The translations under genes were made by a program, and so were the position numbers. A stretch of 63,988 bases of DNA, the filler included, from Octopus bimaculoides (lineage: Eukaryota): assembly GCF_001194135.2 (NCBI RefSeq). It is 6 parts of 6 records of this genome, joined end to end, with 100 filler letters (N's around TTAATTAATTAA, not from the genome) between each part and the next. Parts side by side here need not be neighbours in the genome. Positions count along the whole stretch, not along the records: positions 24,118 to 51,631 come from NC_068999.1; 5 more parts are not named here. The stretch is one strand, 5' to 3'. How positions within the stretch are numbered: position 1 is the first letter of the stretch; each line of letters starts with the position of its first letter. The notes under the pieces were generated by a model that saw nothing but the letters and a program-made list of their open reading frames with translations, made no database searches and was not told where the DNA came from. Below are positions 24,832 through 37,927 of this stretch, one piece after another.

Positions 24832-26933
24832 CCTTTCCATTATGGGCGCAAGACAAAACATTTTGGGTAAGAGGACTAGAAAGAATAAGTGGCAAAGCCA
24901 GCCTTGACAGAATTTGAACTCAGAACGTAAAGTCAAATCACATGCCACAAAGCCTTTTNNNNNNNNNNNNNNNNNNNNNNNNNNNNNNNNNNNNNNNNNN
25001 NNNNNNNNNNNNNNNNNNNNNNNNNNNNNNNNNNNNNNNNNNNNNNNNNNNNNNNNNNNNNNNNNNNNNNNNNNNNNNNNNNNNNNNNNNNNNNNNNNNN
25101 NNNNNNNNNNNNNNNNNNNNNNNNNNNNNNNNNNNNNNNNNNNNNNNNNNNNNNNNNNNNNNNNNNNNNNNNNNNNNNNNNNNNNNNNNNNNNNNNNNNN
25201 NNNNNNNNNNNNNNNNNNNNNNNNNNNNNNNNNNNNNNNNNNNNNNNNNNNNNNNNNNNNNNNNNNNNNNNNNNNNNNNNNNNNNNNNNNNNNNNNNNNN
25301 NNNNNNNNNNNNNNNNNNNNNNNNNNNNNNNNNNNNNNNNNNNNNNNNNNNNNNNNNNNNNNNNNNNNNNNNNNNNNNNNNNNNNNNNNNNNNNNNNNNN
25401 NNNNNNNNNNNNNNNNNNNNNNNNNNNNNNNNNNNNNNNNNNNNNNNNNNNNNNNNNNNNNNNNNNNNNNNNNNNNNNNNNNNNNNNNNNNNNNNNNNNN
25501 NNNNNNNNNNNNNNNNNNNNNNNNNNNNNNNNNNNNNAAAATAAACATGCATGCATCATAATACCATCTTGGTTACAGCATGTGCACTAACCTAACAGCA
25601 GCTGCAGAAACTTCCCTCCCCCATCCCCCACCCCGTACACACAGCCCACACGCACAACCGCAAACACACACACACACAGGTACACAAACACACTTCCTCC
25701 AATACCGTGGCGATGTTTCACGCGAAAGGTCATTATCGAACTCCTCCCTTTCTCCACCCCGCCACCAACCCCACCACCGCCGCTGCCACCCTCTCACCGA
25801 AGAAAATGCAACCTGCAATTTATTTGGCTTCCTGTGTAATAAATGGGACTTTTATTTCAGTAGGGAGTAGAAAGGGGCAGTAAGGGACCAGCTGTGGTTG
25901 TTGTTGTTGAGGGAACATACTTATTGAAAAATGGAACCGTCACATCACTACATGTTATGTTAGGGGTATAGCATATCTCTGTGAGGCATGCCACATGGGT
26001 GCATGGATGTGTTTGTATATGTGAGCAGGTACAGGTAGCATTGCGTACATGGGTGTGCATGCATGTGTGTATGCGTGTGTATGTATATGTACTTAGGAAT
26101 AAGGGTTCGTACGTGTACGTATGTAAATGCGTGTGTGTGTGTGTGTGTTAGTACAAGTGTTCAGTGTCTGTATGTATGCGAATGTATGAGGAGTGCATAT
26201 GTACATGTAAGTATGCGTTTGATATCTACATGCATGCGAATGTGTGTAAGTGTATGCGTATGTGTGTGTACGTAAACATAAGTGTTCGTATTTGTATGAC
26301 TGTGTGTATGTGAGTATATGTTCACACTTGTGTGTGTGTGTGTGTGTGTGTAAGCATGTGTTCATATTTATACTTATGAGAATGTGTGTGTAAGATAAGT
26401 TACGCATGAGTGTGTGCATAAATATTTGTTGGTATTTCTATGTATGCGAATATGTATGTACATAAGAATGCGTTCACATTTGCATGTGAAGTTGTGTGTA
26501 TATGTATGTAAGTCTATGTGTTGATATTTGTATATATGTGTGTATGTGTGTGTGTGTGATTAAACTCATGAACATTATTCAACCCCCCCCCCAAAAAAAA
26601 AAAACGTTGCAGTGCAAAAACACAGAACAGAAATTTTAAACTAATAATTTTCTTCTTTTTTTTACCCATAATTTTTTTTCTTTTATACATTATTATTATT
26701 ATCGTAAACGTGAAAAAAATATTTTGGAAATCTCAAAATAGTGAACAATTTTTTTTCCTTTACCCTTATTTTGTTATATTATTATCATTATCATCATCAT
26801 CATTATTATTATTATCATTATTATTAACATCATCATTATTATTATTATTATTATTATTAAATGTGAAAAATATTTTGTAAAACTCAAAATAGTGAACTAT
26901 TTTTCTTTCACTTTACGTTCTTATAAATTATCA

Positions 26934-26967
<34 letters not shown>

Positions 26968-27031
26968 ATGTGAAAAAAATATTTTGAAAAACTCAAAATA
27001 AGGATTATATTTATTTCCAGTTTTTATTTTT

Positions 27032-27077
<46 letters not shown>

Positions 27078-27547
27078 CATTACCTCTTTTTTCCTTTTTT
27101 ATTAAGAAATAATTTATGCAATTTTGTATTTCTAAATAGGTTTGCAATTGCAAACAAAATCCTGCCTAATTCTCTGTTTAGCACTGAACATTCTCTCAAA
27201 TTTTTTCAGCTCGCAGAAGACAGTATTTTCATTATTAATATTATTATTATTATTATTGTTGTTAACGTGTATTTAGCACACATACACACATACACAATCC
27301 AGATGGATGGATGGATGGATGGATGACATACAAAATCTGAAATGTGAAAAATCTTGCAATTCTACGCTTCCACACAAAAGTTTGTAGCTAAATAAGAAAT
27401 AAGGAACCCTACAAGATATATATTTACCCATAACTTCATATATACAAATATATATATATATGTATATATATGCTTGTATATATATATATATATATGTGTA
27501 CTTATATGTACACACACATACACACAGACATACACATATACATACAC

Positions 27548-27611
<64 letters not shown>

Positions 27612-28422
27612 NNNNNNNNNNNNNNNNNNNNNNNNNNNNNNNNNNNNNNNNNNNNNNNNNNNNNNNNNNNNNNNNNNNNNNNNNNNNNNNNNNNNNNNNN
27701 NNNNNNNNNNNNNNNNNNNNNNNNNNNNNNNNNNNNNNNNNNNNNNNNNNNNNNNNNNNNNNNNNNNNNNNNNNNNNNNNNNNNNNNNNNNNNNNNNNNN
27801 NNNNNNNNNNNNNNNNNNNNNNNNNNNNNNNNNNNNNNNNNNNNNNNNNNNNNNNNNNNNNNNNNNNNNNNNNNNNNNNNNNNNNNNNNNNNNNNNNNNN
27901 NNNNNNNNNNNNNNNNNNNNNNNNNNNNNNNNNNNNNNNNNNNNNNNNNNNNNNNNNNNNNNNNNNNNNNNNNNNNNNNNNNNNNNNNNNNNNNNNNNNN
28001 NNNNNNNNNNNNNNNNNNNNNNNNNNNNNNNNNNNNNNNNNNNNNNNNNNNNNNNNNNNNNNNNNNNNNNNNNNNNNNNNNNNNNNNNNNNNNNNNNNNN
28101 NNNNNNNNNNNNNNNNNNNNNNNNNNNNNNNNNNNNATTTATGTTTTTGTAAAATGTTTTTTTTTTATATTTGTGTCTCCGCAATGTAAAATTTTTGGTA
28201 AAGCATTAATTTTAAGTAGGAGTCAAATGTAACTTTTATGAGACAAACATAAAATAAAAAAAAAAAAACATGCTGATGAGAGAAGAGAATGTGGGTTTTT
28301 ATAGAGTAATAATATTTTTGTGCAAAAACCGATATTAATTCAGACAAACCGAAGAATACGAAGAGTATCAGAGAACTGAAAATTTGTGGGTTTTGGAAAA
28401 AGTTTAATTTTTTAAAATTTTA

Positions 28423-28456
<34 letters not shown>

Positions 28457-29419
28457 TATGCGCAGCTATACATAATATGATACATAATGCCTGATATATA
28501 TACATATATATATGCACATATATATATACATATTATATATATGTATATATATATGTGTGTGTGTGTATATATATATGTATATATATGCGGAAGGAATTCA
28601 GTAAAAATGTTTGCAGTATAAGATAATTTGGAAATGCTTGAGGAAATTAAGAAGTGTATATGTTAAGAATTTTCTAATCCAGAATATTAGTACTGAGATT
28701 TTTGTTTCTTTTTTTTATTCTTTATTTCATTTGTTTTTTTTTTTTTTGTTTTTTTTGTTACAAAATGAAGAATATGTATGTGTTATCGAGTTCAAATGAA
28801 GCTGTGAGCTAATATTACTCTGAAATATTTTAATACAGTTTGCCTCACAACAAAAAAAAAACCACAATATGTCTTTCAGTCTGTATTTTGTTTTTGAGGA
28901 GAAGAGACAGGCGTAGGGTCAACAAGTGCTTACGACACACAGAGGGAGAACATATTTGATACCATATTTATCAACTAATATGAAGAAACCTATATATGAA
29001 TGAATGATTATCTGCAGCTAAGAAATTACCATTTTTGGTACTAAAGACAACTGAATACAGAGGAGAAATTCTTGCTAGTAAAGTTTTGAAGAGACGAAAA
29101 GACTGAAGAAGAAGCAAAAAGATGGCAATGCAAGACCTGGCAACTCAAGGGAAGACCACCACCCACCCTGCCATGCATCGATGCCCAAGACTATTCCATT
29201 CCTGACTTGGCCTTCTGAGCCATGTCAGGTTTAAGCATCATAGAGGCACCAGATGAATCAAACTCATATTCGTTTATGTTTCAATCACCCGCTTATCAAT
29301 GACAAACTTATTTTACTAAATTCTTTGTTATTTTCAAAATTAATTGAAACAAAGGCTGAGTAATTCTTTTGGATTATGGTAACCAAAGGATTAAATATTG
29401 TAAGACTCTATCAGCCTTC

Positions 29420-29625
29420 TTTGAATTCCACGTGTCTAACACTCACAAACATGCTGACAAAATCAAAAAACAACACACCTCCCATGACTTTCAGGAACAA
29501 TTTTTCCATGCCCAGAATTGCTGAAGCATGGAATAAACTACCTGAATCAATTGTTAGCTGTCAAGACACTACATCCTTCAAAACTTCCACGCTTCCTGAA
29601 ATTCACCAACAGTACACCTGATGCC
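29420..29625 (+). mobile_element. CR1/L2-group LINE extreme 3' coding fragment
   Basis: FRNNFSMPRIAEAWNKLPESIVSCQDTTSFK matches the R..FF..R....WN.LP..VV.....FK terminal motif. Confidence 0.7.
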
Positions 29626-30602
29626 ACCCCCACCTCCGTTTCTTCTTCTTGCTTGTTTTTTTTTTTATAGACTTTTTCACTGTTCCCTTCCTGGTTTCAA
29701 AACAGTTAATATTTTTGTAGTTCAAAATTTGCGATTTATGACATAAAATGTCTTCTAGAATTAGCCAGAGCTAATAATGACAAACTTTAATTACTAAATA
29801 TTGTTAAACTCACCTCTGCAAATGCAATGTATATAAGCAATTCACTTTAAATACAATGGACAACCGACAGTGAGACTGTTTTTAGCAGATCCCTAAATGG
29901 GGCTCATGGCAGGCATTGGGTTCATTTATGTTCCAGCCCCCAGCTTAATAACAGCAAGATTGTTTTACAAAATTCTCCGTTAATTTCAAAATTAAATGAA
30001 TCAAAGACAGTGTATTCAAATGGAAATATGGCAACAAAACAGTTAATGCTCTTAGAAAGTTTGTGATTAACCAATAGAACTCCTCGCATATCCTGTTTAG
30101 TTCAAGTAAGAACAAGACCGCATAAATTCCTTTCTAGTGCGCCTAAAACAAACAAAAGCCCAGCGTAATCTCACCAGTTAACATCTTACCCATCACAAAA
30201 CCACCCCTCATGGGAGCTCACTTAGCATCATATAGAATATTTTTCCTCTTACAATTTTCAAACTTTTAACAACCAGTTTCTTAGAAATTTCATTGAGTAC
30301 AGCAGGACTGATTTATGAATCTGATTAAAGTTTATCCAAAGATTGTTTGATTTAAACCCAACGGAAGTAACAGCTATCAATCAAATCCACAGAAAACCCC
30401 TCCTCTTGGCACTCGGTAACCCTAAACATATACAGCTTCAGGTAATCAGTTATTTCCTGCACCTAGAATCACATGACTTAAGATTAAGTCTTTGCAGTTT
30501 CTAACATAAATTTTGCCAGTTTATCTGTGAGCCACTCCAGACATATGACAGTTCAGAAACTATACATACATACATACGTATATTCTCATTCACACACACT
30601 TG

Positions 30603-30645
<43 letters not shown>

Positions 30646-30655
30646 NNNNNNNNNN

Positions 30656-30692
<37 letters not shown>

Positions 30693-32757
30693 AAATATAC
30701 ACACAATATATATTAAACACAGGAACACATACTCACATATACATATATGTGTGTGTGTGTGTGTATACACACATGTATGTAGATGTATATATACAAACAC
30801 ACATTTATATATGCATACATGCATACACATAGATACACAAACACACACATATATATATGTAGGTGTATATACATGCATACATGTGTGTGTATGTGTGTGT
30901 GCATATATATGTGAGTGTATGTATATAAATGTGTGTGTATGTGTGTGCGTGTGCATATATATGTGAGTGTATGTATATACATATGTGTGTACGTGTGTGT
31001 GTGTGCACGTGTATATATATATATATATATGTGAGTGTAATATATATATAAGTCAGTAAATAGTGGGGTTGTGTTAACTGCACGTGGAGAAATAATAGGA
31101 AAATGAAAAATAATAATAAGGCAGAATGCTAAACTGGAAGCATATTTTAATAAAGATTTCTAACCGGCTTTCATTGCATGGCAAATTATCAAGAAGAGGG
31201 AGAATGAAAATGTTTTTTACAAAGAAGTACAAAATGAAGAAAATAATATATAAAAAAATAAATATACCAATACATTATATTGTCTTTGAGCTTTTGAAGT
31301 TCAATGGTAATTCATGTATATNNNNNNNNNNNNNNNNNNNNNNNNNNNNNNNNNNNNNNNNNNNNNNNNNNNNNNNNNNNNNNNNNNNNNNNNNNNNNNN
31401 NNNNNNNNNNNNNNNNNNNNNNNNNNNNNNNNNNNNNNNNNNNNNNNNNNNNNNNNNNNNNNNNNNNNNNNNNNNNNNNNNNNNNNNNNNNNNNNNNNNN
31501 NNNNNNNNNNNNNNNNNNNNNNNNNNNNNNNNNNNNNNNNNNNNNNNNNNNNNNNNNNNNNNNNNNNNNNNNNNNNNNNNNNNNNNNNNNNNNNNNNNNN
31601 NNNNNNNNNNNNNNNNNNNNNNNNNNNNNNNNNNNNNNNNNNNNNNNNNNNNNNNNNNNNNNNNNNNNNNNNNNNNNNNNNNNNNNNNNNNNNNNNNNNN
31701 NNNNNNNNNNNNNNNNNNNNNNNNNNNNNNNNNNNNNNNNNNNNNNNNNNNNNNNNNNNNNNNNNNNNNNNNNNNNNNNNNNNNNNNNNNNNNNNNNNNN
31801 NNNNNNNNNNNNNNNNNNNNNNNNNNNNNNNNNNNNNNNNNNNNNNNNNNNNNNNNNNNNNNNNNNNNNNNNNNNNNNNNNNNNNNNNNNNNNNNNNNNN
31901 NNNNNNNNNNNNNNNNNNNNNNNNNNNNNNNNNNNNNNNNNNNNNNNNNNNNNNNNNNNNNNNNNNNNNNNNNNNNNNNNNNNNNNNNNNNNNNNNNNNN
32001 NNNNNNNNNNNNNNNNNNNNNNNNNNNNNNNNNNNNNNNNNNNNNNNNNNNNNNNNNNNNNNNNNNNNNNNNNNNNNNNNNNNNNNNNNNNNNNNNNNNN
32101 NNNNNNNNNNNNNNNNNNNNATATATATATTACTAGTAAGCAAGAAAGCAAGCCATCTCCTGACTCTGAAAACCCTTATCAAAACTACACTAAATTACAA
32201 AAACCCAACCAATTACTAAAGAAAACAAAATTCAAAGAAACAAAACACGCAAGTCGTTAAAATAATTAATTAGATTCTAGGCATTCATTTTTACCGTTTG
32301 CGTATAAATATCACTGATAAGAATTTATCAAATGAGAATAAACCGTAAACACCAAATTATCTTTCTCCTCTCAATAGAACCATAGAAAGAAAAAAACAAC
32401 AATTAGAAGTGAATTAGATATCTAATGAAAGTACATTTAACGAATTACTGTAAATTGTATTTAGTTTTCAATGGTGGTAGTTTTCTATTTCTTGAATGGA
32501 ATTTATGACACTAGAAATCTATCACGAATTTTTCTTATATTTGTTGATGGCATCAAAGGTATCTTTGAATTTATCCCACACATCCGGAGTCAATGACATC
32601 TCATCATATTTAGTTTTGTTTTATGATGTTCGTTTTGTTTGTTTGTTTGTTTGTTTGTTTTTCCAAAGTAGACAACCGTGTCATTGTAGTTGGCGAAAAT
32701 ATCTTAACAATTTATACAAACATTACATCTCAACTCCCACCTTAATATCTAATTTAA

Positions 32758-32995
32758 CCCTTTCGTATTCAAACTAGTCAGATCCGGCCAAAATGTTTTG
32801 AAATTCTCTGTGTTTCTTTCAATTATTTTAAATATAACAAAGAATTTAGTAAAATAACTTAGTTATCATTCAGCTAGCATCAGGAACATAAATGGTGACT
32901 AAGGTTTGGTGGAAGATTTTAATTGAAAACTTATGAAAACAAGACATTTGTACTCAGAGCTAGAGCTGGTTTCAGCCGGGTTGGTATCAAAAGGG
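32758..32995. mobile_element. TTAA-flanked MITE with CCC...GGG ends (piggyBac-like target signature)
   Basis: TTAA|CCCTTTCGTATTCAAAC ... GTTGGTATCAAAAGGG|TTAA. Related truncated copy at about 45390-45542 and reverse-strand relics near 29290-29395 and 29940-30050. Confidence 0.8.
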
Positions 32996-33131
32996 TTAAG
33001 AGGCTGGATGAATCAAAAGTCACCCATTTAACTAACTTTGTAGTTGGAACAACAAACCAAGTATTAAAACAAAATGTTTTGTTTTGTTTTCTTTTTTTTT
33101 TTTAAACAAACCAATGAGAAATGATCCTTAC

Positions 33132-33295
33132 CTTTTTCATCATGCTTTGATCGGACAGCGAGTGTGTCATTACTAAGTGATACGGTGACTTGGGTCAATA
33201 ACTCAGATTTGAGTCCAGGAAATTTTATGGGACTTAGTACTCTCCCATCATAGGAAAGTATGCTCAGGTTAGCACCATCAGCTAGCAAGAAATAC
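33132..33295 (-). CDS. IFT80: IFT80 internal exon (164 bp, phase 2 to 1): YFLLADGANLSILSYDGRVLSPIKFPGLKSELLTQVTVSLSNDTLAVRSKHDEK
   Basis: Minus strand ttctcttgcag|GTATTTCTTG...GATGAAAAAG|gtaagg; lies within ORF 33064..33396. Matches IFT80 HFLLVDG...SYEGR...PKFPG...QTVSLSNDTIAIRDKADEK. Confidence 0.95.
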
Positions 33296-33794
33296 CTGCA
33301 AGAGAAAATCTTACTTGAGAATATCATCGCCACCACCACCATAATCACCACCACCACCAACACCACCACCACCACCACAAACACCACCATCATCATTTAA
33401 CATCTATGCTCCATGTTGACATGGACATGACAGTTTGAGAGGATATGATGGGCCCAAGGATGCTCAAGTGTTTGTTTGACATGGTTGCTATGTCCCAAGG
33501 TGCCAGAAAGTGGGACAGAACCTAGAACCATGTGGTTGGAAAGCAAGCTTCTTACCACATAGCCATGTATTTTTGTTATATATATATATACACACACACA
33601 CACATGTTGTTGCTGTATCCCATTTTAGAAAGCAGGGGGGGAAAAAAAACCATATTTGTGCCTTGACTGCAAAAAAGTTAAAGCTAATTTATAATACCAC
33701 CTTTCATAGCTTAAGACTGGTCTGTATACCACTGCATGTAAAACAGCATGTAGCATAAACCAGTGTGTGTGAGTGCGTATATATATATATACAT

Positions 33795-33852
<58 letters not shown>

Positions 33853-35648
33853 TACAAATTAAAAGAGTAAAGGAATTATCAATTTATTAATTAATAAATC
33901 AATTAATAATTTTTACCAAGCCCTGGGCTTGGTAAAAATTATATATATATATATAAACCACTGTATGATTAATATTGCACAGCATTCATTGATTTTCATT
34001 GTTTTTTTATCAAAGCTTTTAGATTCTCTTTGCTGAGATATCCATTAGATAAATAACGAAACCAAGAATTGGGCTAAATGCAACACAACTTAGATATTCC
34101 ATTGTAGATGGAATAGAAATTTTCACAGAGGGATAAGTAGATCAGGCAGGCTTTCATCTGTTGTGGTCTCATAGCAGGAATACTGAACACTGAAATGATT
34201 TTTGGATGTGTGGTAAGAAGCTTGGAGTCGATTCAAGCAACTAAAAATTCTTCAAGATGGTGCCCCAACATGGCCACAGTCTAATGATTGAAATAAGTAA
34301 AAGATAGAGAAAGAAAAGAACACAAATCTTTCTAGCATTGCATTACTCTTAGAGAAAAAAAAACAATAAAAGATGAACCCTTTTGGCATAAAGTCTCCTG
34401 CTTCAACACGACACCTCCACTCAGTCGAGAAGTCTTGTGAGCTTACAGGTTGACCACTCAAGTGCTGGAATCATGAAGGAAGCACCCAGTACCCTCTGTA
34501 AGTGATTGGCATTATGATTGGCAGTCACTCTCTCTTTCTCTCTCTTTCTTTTTCTTTCTTTCTCACTCACTCTCACATACACACTATCTATCTATCTATC
34601 TATCTATATCTCTCTCTCTCTCTCTCTATCTATCTAGCTATTTATCTATCTATCTATCTGTTTACTTATCTATCTATCTATCTATCCATTTTTTCTATTT
34701 ATCTACCTATATAGGTACCTCTTTCTCTTTCTCTCTCTCTCTCTCTCTTTCCATCTCTGAATCTACCTATCATCTATCTATCTATATAGCTGTCACTCTT
34801 TCTTTCTCTTTGTCTTTCCATCTATCTATCTACCTATCTGTCTATCTGTCTGTCTACCTATCTATCTAGTTGCCAAGCTCTTTTTCCCTCTGTTTCTCTA
34901 TATGACAACCTTTCTCTCTTTTCCCCTCTCTCTATCCCCCTCTCTCTCTCTCTCATAAAGAGTACACAGAACCACAGAACCAAACATCTCTCAGACACAA
35001 CATAAATACTAAGGAACCATTATATAGCTCCAAGCTACCTTATTAATTCCATGTACACAACAAAACCTCCATTAATCCACCACCACCACCTAACGAATGC
35101 CACTCATTTCATTTCCTTATTTAGTCAAAATAAAGCAAAGGTCAATTAGTTCAGTTTTTTTTTGGGGGGGGGTTTGTTTGTTTGGTTAGAATTTTTTTTC
35201 CTCTCTTTTCCACCAAATATTTCCCCCATCGGCACAAGAACTGACTCTGCTTCTCTGACGAAAACAGAAGGAAATGTCTCTCTACCAAGAAAGTTATTTT
35301 GGAAAACAGAAAGTGCAATCATAGACCTAGGAGATGGCTGCCACCATCACCACCATCAACATCACCATCAACATCACCATCCTCATCATCAGCATCACTA
35401 CCACCATCGTCATCACTGCCACCACCACCACCACCACCATCACTAGGCTTACAAAGAATAAGTCGATTTGCTCAACTAAAGGCGGTGCTCCAGCATGGCC
35501 GCAGTCAAATGACTGAAACAAATAAAAGAATAAAAGAATAAAATGTAATATAGAAATTAATATTATTAATTAATACCAATTTGAACCAGTGGTCAGCATA
35601 CACAAAAAACGTCTGAGGACTGTGAATTATATTTGAGTACCAATAACA

Positions 35649-35896
35649 GGAAAGACCACTAAGTGGATCCCTTGTATGCTAAAAATAGATGTCAAACTGT
35701 CTTACCACGAAATATGTGCTCTCAAATTAGCAAGACGCTAGAAGTTTATGAGCTAGACAAATGAAAAGAAATAAATACAGAACTTAATTAACTGCTATGT
35801 TTATTTCTTTTCATTTGTCTAGCTCATAAACATCTAGTACCTTGCCAATTTGACATCTATTTTTAGCATACGAGGGACCCAATTAGTGGTCTCTCC
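35649..35896. repeat. Foldback element in an IFT80 intron
   Basis: Perfect 32-bp inner stem (gtttatgagctagacaaatgaaaagaaataaa with 35800-35831) plus an outer stem (gaccactaa...gtatgctaaaaatagatgtcaaa with tttgacatctatttttagcatac...ttagtggtc). Confidence 0.85.
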
Positions 35897-36761
35897 TCTT
35901 ATTTATATTTAAATGTAATATAGAATTAATTAGTGTAAAGTAAAAAGTCACCATCAGATCCAAGAACCAGCAGTCTTCGGCACAATATCAATAAAACGGG
36001 TTACTATGAGAGTCAAAGAAGCAACATAGAAGCAGCATCGGTTACATAGAACTGAGATGCAAGAATGGTCGTGTGGTTAAGAAGTTTGCTTCCGGTGATG
36101 GTGGTGGTGTTGGTGTTGGTGGTGGTGTGATAATGATGATGGTAGTACTGATAACGATGGCAATGATGATGATGCTGGTGATGACAATGAAGATAATACT
36201 AAAGATGACGATGATGATAGTAAAAATATTGATGATGAAGATGATGATGAAGAAGAAGACGATGATGATGTAAAACAAACAGAAAAAAACAGATTATAAG
36301 ACAATTTTATTATAATTTCTAAGTTAAGAATAACCGCTATCTCGTTATTTATTTTATTTTATTTTATTTTATTTTATTTAATCTTAATTATTTTATTGCT
36401 GTTCATTGGACAGTAATTTAACAACTGAATGATTATGCTAAGATTATTAATTGCTCGCTAACGACAATGATTAATCCTTTTTTATCTTAAGCAGATGATA
36501 GTAAGCTGTAAAATATTTTGTCAAACAAGAGAGTTTCACATAGGTCTTTGTGTGGTTTGAACCTGTGATGTTACAATTGATAAATCTTCCACCTTCGCTT
36601 GTCTGGCAGCAGAACTTATTATTAATAAAAGGCAAATATCTCCTGATGGAACATATCTAGCTGTATCAATTTCAATTAACATCTCACCAATCAAATATTA
36701 GGCTAGACAACAACGACAACGATGATGATGATGATGATGATGGAAAGAGTAGAAGAAAACA

Positions 36762-36972
36762 AGAAGAAGAAGAAGAAGAAGAAGAAGAAGAAGAAGAAGA
36801 AGAAGAAGGATGTGAAGAAGAAGAAGAAGAAGAAGGAGGAGGAGGAGGAGGAGGAGAAGAAGAAGAAGGAGGAGGAGAAGAAGAAGAAGGAGGAGAAGAA
36901 GAAGAAGAAGGAGGAGAAGAAGAAGAAGAAGAAAAAGAAGAAGAATGAAAGAAGAAGAAGAAGAAGAGGTGG
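36762..36972. repeat. (GAA/GAG)n near-pure purine microsatellite
   Basis: Read directly; source of the poly-K/E/L ORFs at 36698-37039. Confidence 0.95.
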
Positions 36973-37112
36973 AGAAGAAATTAAAGGAGAAGAAGAACAA
37001 CAACAACAAGAGTGAGAAATACAAAATACAAAAAGCCAAAAACAGAAGAAGAGAAAATTTTAAAGATAGAAATGAAAGAAAAAAAAATGGTAAAACAAAA
37101 TTTAAAAATTAC

Positions 37113-37187
37113 TTCTCTGCTTGGACAATCAGTGATACGCAACCATCTTTTAGATCAAATATTATTGGTGTGTTCCAGTTCTTGGTA
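37113..37187 (-). CDS. IFT80: IFT80 internal exon (75 bp, phase 2 to 2): [24 protein letters not shown](K)
   Basis: Minus strand tttacttctcag|TACCAAGAACTGGAAC...GCAGAGAA|gtaatt. Near-identical to human IFT80 [25 protein letters not shown]. Confidence 0.95.
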
Positions 37188-37891
37188 CTGAGAAGTAAAC
37201 ACAGAACAGAGAGAGAGAGAGGGTAAGAATTACATACGCATCTTGTTTGGTAAAATGTCAGAGGCGAATTTCACTCTCAATAATTCAAAGGTAACAGAAT
37301 AATTAAATTCTCTATTAGCAGGAAAAAAAAAAAACAGAAAAAAAAGAAAAGAAAAATTGAAGGAAAAAGAAAGAAAAAAAATGAAAACAAGAAGCAAAAA
37401 AAAAAAAAAAACATATCGAAACGAAATAAACTATAAATTAAAATCAGATAGTTAATGAAATCACGTTGATAACATTGATGGAGAACAAAACTAGCCTCCA
37501 CCCCCCACCCGCCAAATATTAAAAAAAAAAAAAACAAATAAAAAAAAATAAAAAATATATATATATATTAATTGTATTGCATTAAAATTTCTAAAATTGT
37601 TTATATGTAAGATAGAAACATAAATTAAAGGCATATACGTTTGGAATATTAATTAATATAAACTAATTAAACACAGAGACATTTTTTGTTTTGTTTTGTT
37701 TTGGTTTTTGTTTTTGTTTTGTTTTTTTTATTTATTTCTCATCATTTAATATGCTATAATTAGCTGTTACCTCAAACCAACGGAAGATAAAACGCTGGCC
37801 TCCTCGATAAACACACAACCAAAGCAAGACAATGAGTTTGGAGGAGGAGGAGTAGGAGGAGAAGAAGAATATGAAGAAAGTCATAATAATG

Positions 37892-37927
<36 letters not shown>

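Noticed and set aside
32130-32175. Candidate next IFT80 exon (GDG codons after a ttttcag on the minus strand); similar GDG hit at about 48815-48840
   Set aside because: Flanking residues do not match the expected LF.A..GKPLGDGK context. The first has no donor and the second is in the wrong order.
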